Below, piece after piece: positions 52,965-64,000 of a stretch of DNA of 64,000 bases (its first letter is position 1; each line of letters starts with the position of its first letter). Location of the stretch: positions 68,448,001 to 68,512,000 of the forward strand of contig NC_043004.1 of NCBI RefSeq assembly GCF_006345805.1, written 5' to 3'. Under the pieces are notes generated by a model. It saw only the letters and a list, made by a program, of their open reading frames with translations. It made no database searches and was not told where the DNA came from. The position numbers were made by a program, and so were the translations under genes. This stretch comes from Octopus sinensis (lineage: Eukaryota).

Positions 52965-54290
52965 TTTCTGTGGCGGCAAACTGTTCGGTTCGCATGTTTC
53001 AACCAAGAACGCCGGAAAATGTTTTTCCGCTTTAGACAAATGTTTTCCTATATCTAATAGATATCATGCTATTTTTAAATGGCACACGGCAGGGATCCTA
53101 CGCTTAATCTGCTAATTTAGAGCAGCATATTCACCGCATAAACAATAGTAAAATGCGACAACAGTTGAATAAGCTACCTACTGGATCTAGTGAACATACG
53201 TATCTAAATACCAAAAAGGGAGATGTAAACCACAACGAAAAGCACCAAATACGGCCAAATTGTGATAGTAGAAATGATTCTGATATGGCTAACACGGTCA
53301 CAACGTCGGAAAAGGGTGTCAGAACTATCATATATACAAATAAATATGATAAATACTCATGCAGAGAAAAATCAGAATGCCCATTGATGTACCTCTGTAT
53401 GAGTACAAATCTTGTATATAAATGTACCTTGCACACAAGGGGACAGCCGTATGTTTACATTGGGCTATCGGTTGGTTCATTTAAGAACTGTTATCACCAG
53501 CTTCAAGAGAATCAATAAGAGACATTCAACATGTTTTTTTGTCGATTTTGTGTGGCGACTGAAGAAAGGTAGCATCAAGTAAGGCACGCAAAACCATACA
53601 ATACCATTTCCAGAAGATGCCGACTCTGCTCCGAGGAATCCTTGTCTATTTTGTGGACCAATACGAAGATCATTAATAGAATTTCTAAAGACACTCAAGA
53701 TGCCTACATGCATATAAATGTACTTTCGCACAATGAATTTGAGTAACTGTTAACATAATTTACTTTAAGGTATGGATGAATTAAGTTTAGCCTTAACTTC
53801 CCCATTCTTATAAACACCAAGTGTCTATTTAACTTGGTATGTGAACGTTTGTACACCAAACGACACGTGTGCGTATGCTTATAATTTTGTGGATGCTCGC
53901 ATGTGCGAGTGTACACGCGTTATGCAGCTTTCGCGAGGGCGTTTATGCATCCATATCTGTTAACTCTTGTTTTCAATACTTTTCTCGAAGTATTGTGTGT
54001 TCGTTTCTTTTTTGTATCTATTATTTTCGTTTTGATCTTATATATAAATGGAGATGTATCCTTTGTTTTGCTACATTTCTGTCTGCGAAATGAGAAACTA
54101 CATTGCAGAACTGCTATTTTAACGAGTTATATCTATTTTTCACCCAATGAGACACATTTGTACCGCCGGATGCTCCCGAAACAATGGCTAAGTGTCACAC
54201 CAGTGAGGGATCGATGCTAGATGTGCCGAAACTATTGTCATGATTAATAGGAATTTTCGTATATTCCATCTTCAGTCTTTCATTTACCAT
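52965..54290 (+). mobile_element. Naiad/Neptune-type PLE 3' fragment (GIY-YIG plus 3' pseudo-LTR)
   Basis: FGSHVST...LDKCFP..NRYHAIF; SCREKSECPL..LC...NLVYKCT...YVYIGLS..SFK. Decayed hammerhead pair at 54141-54243. Confidence 0.78.
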
Positions 54291-54415
54291 ATAGATAGAT
54301 AGATAGATAGCGATATTTCCCTGTGTACGTATCTGTGCCAGTGTGTATAACATGCATACACATAAGTGAGTATATATATTATATATATATATATATATAT
54401 AATATATATATATAC

Positions 54416-54504
<89 letters not shown>

Positions 54505-55334
54505 ATATATAATTATGTCTATGCAAAAAGTTTAAGAGAAAACAATAGCTAAATGATGGTAGAGCATGTCAAATACATATAGGTCTTCTATGAATATAGA
54601 TATTAATTAAGGTTGTTTAGAGATAAAAGCAAATGGAAATTTAAAGAATTTCAATAGCATTACGATCAGATGCAATTTTACTCAATGACAATGGCAAATG
54701 TAAAATATTTATACACACACAAAAACACACACACACATATAAAATATGAACACGTATATAGAAATAGATTCATATATATTAAAATGAACACATTGTATAA
54801 TATCAAGTATATGAATATATATTTGTCTATTACAGTTTCGCTAACCACATACATACACATGTATAAACACTGATACACGCTGTCATTATATAAGTGTATC
54901 TGTCTGTATGTATCATGTACCTATTGTATATACATATTATCTATCAATATGATAATTTACGTGAATATATTTATATATGTATATGCGTGTATGTACGTGT
55001 GTGCGTGTGTGCGTTTCTATGTATGTATGCATATACGTATATATACATAGTCTTCATTAAAGAAGTTTGTGTATTTGCTGTTCCTCCATGTTGAGCAGGC
55101 TACGTTGGAAACTAATTTCCTTTTGTCATCGTAATACTTATCATGCATACCTGAACGTGCTTTATACGTTCCATTATTTTATTTTCCTTACAGCACAAGG
55201 AAACACTCCCAACATGGTTGCAGATGTTATTGTTGATTTTTATAGCAGTTCCAGTCGTTGCAAATATTGTTGGCAGCTGCTGTTGATGCAAGTATTCGAT
55301 TATGCAAAATATGGAAAAGCAGAACCGCAAATGC

Positions 55335-55422
<88 letters not shown>

Positions 55423-55499
55423 CACGCATACACACACACATAATATAAATACTATATGTATGTATACATACATATACATAAGTATGAATGTATACACCA

Positions 55500-55710
55500 G
55501 CACTGCTGATGTAGTGAATGCGGAAAGCTTGGTTTGCAGTGTTTGCAGTCGTGTATGCTTGTCAAGAGCAAAGAGCAAGGCTCGTTAGCCACCAACGGAG
55601 CAGCGAATGCAAAATATAAGTTAGTCCTAGAACGCACAATGTTCCTGAAGGTTACCAATGGTATCCCTCGGTCTCGAGTGGACGGCCATCATATATATGA
55701 TGTATGTATG
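55500..55710 (+). mobile_element. RTE-like LINE 3' end with C2H2-like finger and (TGTA)n tail
   Basis: LVCSVCSRVCLSRA...LVSHQRS, a short UTR, then atgatgtatgtatg. Confidence 0.55.
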
Positions 55711-55745
55711 TATTATGTATCTATGTATGTATATATATATGTATG

Positions 55746-55780
<35 letters not shown>

Positions 55781-55799
55781 ATGTAAGCATATATATATA

Positions 55800-57195
55800 T
55801 ATTCTTTTATTCTTTAATTCCTTCAAATGTTTCAACTTCGAAGCTGCGGTCAGACTGACGTACGACCGTTGATCGAGCTACACCATTATTTGAAACCTCT
55901 GACACGTGGTATTTGGTCAATGAGGGATTTTGATGCCGCTGCCCTGTTCTGTGTTTTCTGCCGTGAGGTAGGCTCGACTGGAACAGAGACCCAGTTTTGT
56001 TTTAAAGAAACTTACACCCACACCATACAGATCTCTCAGGCATCTTGGAAGGCTATTGAAGGGCTGTGGGCCCTTGAAGCCTAAGCAGTTAAAATATCTG
56101 GTTTTGTATTTTGATGGGATCTTTGGCTCTGTGCAGTGGCGCTCCGTTCTCCAGTTTGAGTAACTTTCAATGCCAAAGTTTGCTACAAGGCCTTCTAGGA
56201 TTTTCCAGATGTACATCACTGCATACCTTTCCCGCCTTCGTTCTAGGGTGAAGAGTTTTAATTCTTTCAGTCTTTTAATTGTTTCAGTTTTAATTCTTTC
56301 AGTAGCTGATACGTGGCATTGAGTCGATCATCTTAGTGTAACTTCCTTGGATTGCTTCAAGTTCCAGCGCGAATTTAATATTGTGTGGTGACCATTATTG
56401 GGAGCAGTAGTCCAAGCGGCTGAGGTCATATGTCCTCCAAAGGATCCTCAATGTTTCCTTTTCTCTCGTATTGAAAGTTCGGAGGATCCAGTCAGCCAGC
56501 CGTCTGCATTTTATTATTAGATTGGTAATATGCACTTGCAGAAATGCTTCATTACTCATGTCAATGCCTAGGTCACGCACAGATTTTGATTCAGGGATCG
56601 CAATTCCTCCTGGGCCAATGTATCCTATCTGCATGTCGTTTAGCTGTGTGTCCTGGTAGTGTAGGGCCTGACATTTTTCTACATTTAAACTGCATGTGGT
56701 TGTCCTCAGCCCACCTGAATATTGCGTCCATCTCCCGTTGTAGATGTACAATATTTCCAGGATTTTGTATTGTCTGGGAGACTATTTCGTCATCTGCATC
56801 GTTAGCAAGGGTAGCTATCTGAGCAGCTGAAGACATGTGTCAGAAGTACACTATGAATGTCAGTAGCCCTAAAACAATTACTTGTGGAATAGCACTTGTA
56901 ATTTGTGTTTCCTTGGAGGTGACTCCGTTGGCTACCACTACCTCACGTATATCTTTTAGAAAGTCGTGCAGCCACTCTCCAAGTTTTCTGCCTATGCCGA
57001 GAGCACGCAGTTTGTGAAATAACACACCATGGTCGACTTTGTGAAAGGTTTTTGCAAAGTCGAGTTATATCATATCCATACTTGAAGCATCTAACAGCTG
57101 TTTTACCATCAAGTCGTAGTGTTGCAAGAGCTGTATTAGACAACTTCTACTTGGTCGAAATCCATGCTGGGTGTCAGTCGGCAAGACATTTTCGT
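55800..57195 (-). mobile_element. CR1-like LINE, 5'-truncated (RT and C-terminal domains, decayed)
   Basis: QHGFRPSRSC, YLDFAK..KVDH, AIPQ..VLG, DADD (decayed YADD), SVRDLGI, SRLDYCSQ, LERRRER; AGAAT-type tail. Confidence 0.92.
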
Positions 57196-58842
57196 CAACG
57201 AACGTAATTGACCGAGCTAGGATGGTTGCTATGGGCATTAATGTACTTTAGGTTCTCGTTTAATTTATGGAATGGTTGGGTTCTATTGGTTAATAAGTTT
57301 AGGTTTGCATCCAGGTAGTTAGCCACAGAATGCTCTTTCTCTATACATATATCTAGACCATAATTCTTAAACAATTTATATAGTGTTTTCTTTATATTTT
57401 CCAATGATCTATTAGTGCAGGATTTCGTTATCAGGAGTAGGTCATCCCTATAAAGACATCCTTCTATGTTAAGATGTTCTAACTCAAGTTTCGATAATAA
57501 GTATATTCCGACTAAATCTGTTATTTGTGCTCCGTCTGGGGCACCTATGTGTATATCAAAGCAATCCCTTTCCTAGACCATTGGAAAATATAAAGAAAAC
57601 ACTATATAAATTGTTTAAGAATTATGGTCTAGATATATGTATAGAGAAAGAGCATTCTGTGGCTAACTACCTGGATGCAAACCTAAACTTAGTAACCAAT
57701 AGAACCCAACCATTCCTAGCCCATAGTTTATTTTCATATCTAATTAGGGATTTCCTCGTCGTAAGAACTACATTAACTTCATCATATTTCATATTAACCT
57801 TTCTCATAGCATATATAAGGGCCTTATTCAGAATAATCTCGTTAATAGATGACTAGTAATTTTCTATATCTATTTGGATAAATTTACACCTATTTTTATC
57901 TTTAATATTGTTGAACCAATTTAATGTTTCTCGGGTATAAATCCATAGTTTAAAGTTTTTTCCTGTATTAAATTTATATATTTATCTAATATAAGTTTAC
58001 TTAATCTTTTTATATCAAATTTACATGGGCATATCAGTCTTACTTGAGGGTTAGAATAAAAGTTTTTATGGTCCTTAAGGGTTATTCTAGGGTGCATAGA
58101 GACATATGGTTCAGTTCTATTTTCTAAATCATATTTCGTCAAGAATTTTTTAGATATATTGTTAATCCTATTTAATTGACGACCTTCACTAACAATTTTA
58201 TACTTTCTCCTTATTTCTTTTTCTAGAAGGTTATCATATAGCTGTACATCTACTCTATATCGGTTCCTTGTTTTATCCGGTTGGTCTATTATTCGCTCCA
58301 TGTTCTCCAATTTATTTATTTTATTAGCTATGTTTCTTAGGTGCTCGTTATGTCCTTTCAGGTATTTTTTAAATTTTGATAATTTTAACCATATTCCATA
58401 TTTTATCCTCGAAATCCTGTAAAGCCCTATTATTTGGGGGCTCCTTCTTAGATTTAAAATTGTTTATAAAGTAATCTTCATCTTCTAAATTCCTGGTATT
58501 ATAATTGTTGTTATCATGGAAGTATGCCTTCCATTTTATTCTATTTAAAAAATTCTTAACTTGATCTATTAAAGTTATTGTATATTTTCTCTTACTGGGA
58601 AGAGGTATATCCTTCAATGATGAGTTCCAGTCTGTTGGTTCAATCCTACCTGATAAGTCCAGCCGATAGTAAAATATAATATCTATGAATATTTTAAAAA
58701 CCTTAGGGGATAATAATTATTCCAGGTTATCAGGATATTTACTAGTTTACACTTTACTAATGCAAAGCAAACAATATCAATTATAATATTATTACAAATT
58801 TTGGATTTTACCAATAGGACTACAACTTCGATTTCAGGAAAG

Positions 58843-58845
<3 letters not shown>
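57196..58845 (-). mobile_element. Naiad/Neptune-type PLE 5' part (N-terminus plus RT), cut off at the thumb
   Basis: DIPLPS...RIKWKAYF, DKT, ITLKDHK...RLICP, DIEN, GAPDGAQITDLVG, LYRDD, NYLD, HSNHP. The 5' flank runs into (TA)n. Confidence 0.88.
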
Positions 58846-58877
<32 letters not shown>

Positions 58878-58881
<4 letters not shown>

Positions 58882-59210
58882 ACCTTCTTCAGTCATGAAT
58901 GACTATGTGTTTGCACCTAGAAAGTTACCCTCCGAAGCACATGTTGGGTCAAGGTTGTTTATGGACGACCAGCAGGTTCCCTTGCATACCAGCTTTTCTT
59001 CTCTACGTCACCAATGCAATCATGTAATCCAAGAGAAAGGCAAAAGTCAATACAACTTGTCACCAGGAACGTCGCAACTCATTTTTCAGCTGAGTGAAGT
59101 GGAGTAACGTGAAATAAATTGTCTTGTTCAAGAACACAACGTACAGCCCAGTCCGGGAATCGAATTCACTACCTCATGATTATGAGCCCACGCTCTAACC
59201 ACTGAAATAT
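58878..59210 (-). mobile_element. tRNA-derived SINE (head related to families C/D)
   Basis: Reverse strand tcagtggttagagcg...gaattcgattccc...gttgtgttcttgaacaag. Confidence 0.78.
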
Positions 59211-60029
59211 GTGAGCAGCGGCTGTGTCGACTATAGGAGCAATGACGATGGTTGTATAGTAAACAGCAGTCACTCTGTTCTACTTGGCTACTGGAAATAA
59301 GCACATTTTAATAAACCTATTTTTTGCTTTCAGAAAACAAATCTGTTACTGAGCCCGTTATGACTCTAGGTTACCAAGTTTATCTTTTCACACGCCTGAG
59401 CCGAATTTGACTTAGAACCAGAACAAATTCCGCTGTGCATAAGATGCAGAAGTCTTACGTTTCCGCAAATGTAAATTACTGGAAAATGCTCAGATAAAAT
59501 GAAAAACAAAGTTAACTTCGAAAGGATTAGAACGTAAAGCATAGAAAAGCAGAAAAAATAGCAGAGGAATTCTGAGGGATTCTATCAGTCCGATTGTAGA
59601 TATCAGTAATATGATAATAGAGAGAAAGAGAGAGAAACCTAGATTTTAAAGTACTTTAATACCAGGATGACTTTGCTACTTCAGCATATGGTAGGTAATT
59701 GCAATTAAGACAATGCTCTTTCCATTTATCAATTCTCTTACTCACTTCTTCCCATTTTTCTATATATCTCTCTTTCTGCCCGTGTATACATGTGTGTGCT
59801 AGTGTATGCATGTATCTTTGCACGCATGTATTAATGCGTATATATGCATACATACATGTGTGTGTGTGTGTGTGTGTGGAGAGAGGAATCTTGGATATCA
59901 TTTGCATTTGAGGATTTACTGAAAGAAAGGATGCTTCTTTTTACGTATGTTTTTATAAGTACGCTATGTGTATACATACATACACATATACATATGGTAT
60001 ATATATTATATATATATTATACATATGTT

Positions 60030-60065
<36 letters not shown>

Positions 60066-60608
60066 ATATAATATATATATATACACACACGCATACAAAC
60101 CATAAGCACATATATAGACATGCATATATGGCCAAGTAATTAAAGTACAATGAATACTTAGAGACAGCAAACCTATGCACTATACATTTGCGCACGACAT
60201 TTAGCAATTACTACAAAATACGAAAGGAAATAAATGCAACAAAACTATTCGAAATCGTTTGTCCGCCATGTTACTTATTTGCTGATTTTGTTTTTATCTT
60301 TTCTTTTTGTATAATTTGTTTCTTTGGTTCGTGGTCTTCATTTACTATGTTTGTTTTTCTTTTATATTTTTTGTTTTTGTTTTTTACTGTTTAGTGTTGT
60401 TTTTAGCAGATGAATTGAAGTTGATTGTATTTTGCTAGAGATGACTGACGAATGACTGAACGAAAGAAAATTCCCGGTGAAAACGTGAGAGGGGAGAGAA
60501 TGAGGTGTGTGAGAGGAGTTGGTGCTTGTATAATGACTGTGATATATGAATGTAAGTAAACGAAAGACGAAATTTGAGACAGGCCTGAATAGTTAAATAT
60601 ATGTGTCT

Positions 60609-60680
<72 letters not shown>

Positions 60681-60815
60681 TACACATATGCATGCATATC
60701 TCTCTCACTTCCTCTCTCTCGCTCCTTATCTGATAGAGAGATAGCAGAGACAATGAAACAGTCACAGAGACGGAAAGACAGACACACAGAGAGATGGATC
60801 AATAGATAGTTTGTT

Positions 60816-60864
<49 letters not shown>

Positions 60865-60887
60865 TACAGATAGATAGACAGACAGAC

Positions 60888-61080
<193 letters not shown>

Positions 61081-61081
61081 T

Positions 61082-61118
<37 letters not shown>

Positions 61119-62119
61119 AAGCAGTCAAACAGTCAAACATACTTACATGCATACAGGCACAGGCAGACACACAGACAGACACAGACACACAGACACACAG
61201 ACACACAGACACACAGACATGCAGACACACCGACAAGTATGTGACAAGGAATTAAATGCTACAGTGCGATTGATTGACTGAATAAAAACAATCTGAAGAT
61301 CGAAACAAAGAAAGGAAGGATGAAATGAAGAAATGTACGGAATGGAGGGGAAGGTGTGGTGGTCATGGTGGGAATTGAAGAGAGACAACGAGTATTTCTG
61401 TTCGACAGTGATAAAGATGAATGAGTGATTGAAGAAGAAAAAGCAGAACAATTAGTCTGAGTAAAAATGTGGCTACGAATAGGGGTAGTGTGAAGAGGTG
61501 GGGTTAAATGCAAGCGGACATGAGAATTAGGACAATAAGTGTGAAAAGTATTTTATAATTTAAAGCAATATCTATGAACACCAGATTCGCATCGTATTCT
61601 TAGCCACTTTTTTTACCTCTTCGCTGCCGTTGATTAATATCTGTAATGAACGAAAATAGCGAGTATCTAAGTATGTAAAGATGTTTCATAAAACACATCT
61701 GAAGAACCAGAGAAAACTATTGATGAGGAATTAATATTATTTTGCATACTTCATTGCAGCAATTGGAAAAGGTTTAGGTTTTTCAATACAAGGAAGGAAA
61801 TACTTTATCTTGTTTACCTGAGCCAAAAAGATTCAGAAGGCAAACACGTACCGTTACGTTTACCTGAAGCTTTCGCAACTTACATATACTATGTAACGTC
61901 TGTTAAACTAATATTATCTTTTATATAATGTGTTTATGTGTGTAACATTTATCAGGCAGTAGCAGGATGTGGTTGTTATCCATCGATGTATGTGTTACGT
62001 GTTGGTTGTATATGAGTAATCTTCCTTTCGCTACTCAAATTTATTTTATGATGCACTTATTTTTATCCGTATATCTGTAGTGTGTTTGTGTATACACACG
62101 CATTATATACGCACACCAT

Positions 62120-62325
62120 CCAGAGTTTTCGTGGAGTATAAGTGACGAGACAATCCCCTGAACAAGATGTGTGTCGCAAGGCTATTCTTTGACACCTGAA
62201 TAAACTAGAGCAACGTTAAACGAAATGTTTTGCTCAAGAACACAACGCACCACCCGGTAGGGAAATCGAATCCATGATCTTACAGTCTTGAAAGTAACAC
62301 TTAATCACGACGCCACGCTCCTTCA
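62120..62325 (-). mobile_element. Decayed SINE with a family C/D-like head
   Basis: tgctcaagaacacaacgc...ggaaatcgaatcc on the plus strand. Confidence 0.6.
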
Positions 62326-63370
62326 CTATACTGGTGAAGTGAAATGGCAGAAATCGAACGAGGGGAATAGGTGACGGACAGTTAAACAACATCAGAGTTT
62401 ACAACAGCTAGAGAAATGTTTTTAAAGGTGTGGACAAAATGTTAACACCAAAAGAAAATTTGTGTACATTGAACTCTTCGCCGAAAATTGAAAAGTGAAA
62501 AGAAGACTGCCGTTTTGGGTGCACGCCTTATTAATGTAGAGTAAAAAGAAGCAACGAAACAAGAAAAGAAACGATATATGCTTAAAGCATATGTGTACCT
62601 TTTAACATTAGGTTGTAGAATATTAATTACCTCCTTGCGACTATTACAATGTATCGTACTCTTAGCACAACTATTTTGAAGCACGTCTGTACAAATATCA
62701 GCTACCAGTCTGATAAGCCATCACGGGCTGACATACTACTGCAAGTTTCTCATTCATGATTAATACCATCTCCTGGGAAGCAATGGTAGGACATTTAGGT
62801 GATCATTTGACTTGCCAGAATTAACAGCGAAAACCTCCTGAAAATATCATTCTAAGATCGTTGTTTCCATCCGTATCCGCTATACAATGCTAACGCTCTC
62901 CTTTATAGTCATATATAGAATGCAACGCAGTAACAATGTTTTACACCAAGCCTGATTCATCTATCAACCGTGTGGCATCTCTTATATTCCTTCCCATGAC
63001 GTTCATCTCTTATGTTCCTACCGTAAGGCTTCACTTCCATTCACGCCAGCTTGATTTAATTCGTCCTTAGTCGAAAGACGCCTGTTGTTTGTATTTGTAA
63101 CTGCGTACCATTTCTCCGTTTTTTCGTCTTGTTTTCGTATACATTCGCGTGCTTTATTCCAAGGATTGTACTGATTTTAGCTTAGATTTTGGGGGGTCGG
63201 CCAGATTGTAGGAAACTCGAGTGTAACCGGCCGAAACTGCAACGACGATCTGGAGCTTGACTGAGGATAGGAAGCTCCGAATGACCCATCCTTGTTCTTT
63301 CCTTTCCTTTTTTGATCGTCTGTCCGGATGCTTTATAGTCGCCTGATACGTTCTTGTTACATTTTTGCTT

Positions 63371-63411
<41 letters not shown>

Positions 63412-63479
63412 ATATATATATGTGTGAGTGTATGTCTGTGTGTACAAAACAAAGTTACTTTACTCTACACGGGTAGAAA

Positions 63480-64000
63480 TATGTAAAGTTGATGCAGGTC
63501 CCGCAATTGGGCCAGCCACAATTTTTACTGCTGGTGTAGGAATTGCGGAAGGTAATTTAGCTCTTGTGAGGAATATTTTGATGGACTTTGATTGTCTTTT
63601 ACACTTGATTATTTTGTGTATTTAGAATGCTTGTTTCATTCTTTGGTCTTGGTCTCGTAGTGGGATGTTCTGCTGGATAACATTATAAACCTCTGTGTTT
63701 CTTAGATTGTAATAAAGGGTAATTTATTGGGTGTAACCGGAGCGTTTTTCGTTTTTCGTGTTTCTTCGATATTTATTGCGCTGGCACGATCTATTCCGTT
63801 GTCTATTACCATTAATGGATATCGTCATTTAAGTAGCACTTATTTTAGTTCCTGGAATCTTTTATTGCGAGTTTCCGGGTTTGAGACCATTGTGCAGATA
63901 TTCTTGCTAGAATAAAGGGAATATTATTCTGCGTGTGGTTGCGATGGCGTGAGGAGAAGAGTAGGTATTGTTGAGAATCTGTTTGTTTGTAGTGAATATC
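63480..64000 (-). mobile_element. Third Penelope/Poseidon-type PLE fragment; runs off the window end
   Basis: DIHYKQTDSQQYLLFSS...NIPF...ICTMVSN...KCKRQSKS...CGWPNCGTC, homologous to the ORFs at 33012 and 49018. Confidence 0.85.

Noticed and set aside
53340-53500. Selenoprotein (UGA for Cys) Naiad
   Set aside because: Linker cysteines here and at about 16870-16895 use TGY codons, and I recognised no SECIS.

Overview
AT-rich, microsatellite-dense animal non-coding DNA. The SINE families and repeat landscape suggest an octopus/cephalopod genome (inference). I found no credible host gene exon; most listed ORFs are microsatellite translations. The window is a patchwork of decayed transposons: six Penelope-like element (PLE) fragments of two types, several with inverted pseudo-LTRs and minimal type I hammerhead ribozymes with variant cores; four R4/Dong-like restriction-endonuclease LINE 3' fragments in (ACAT)n tracts, all in the same orientation (three in tandem at about 43.9-45.4 kb); HERO, CR1-like and RTE-like LINE fragments; two mariners and a Tc1-like remnant; two non-autonomous Helitrons; and several tRNA-derived SINE families. 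The most notable signals are the putative ACAT-targeting R4/Dong system and the U3-A8 / C4 variant hammerheads. All coordinates and alignments were read by eye, and the ends of decayed elements are approximate.
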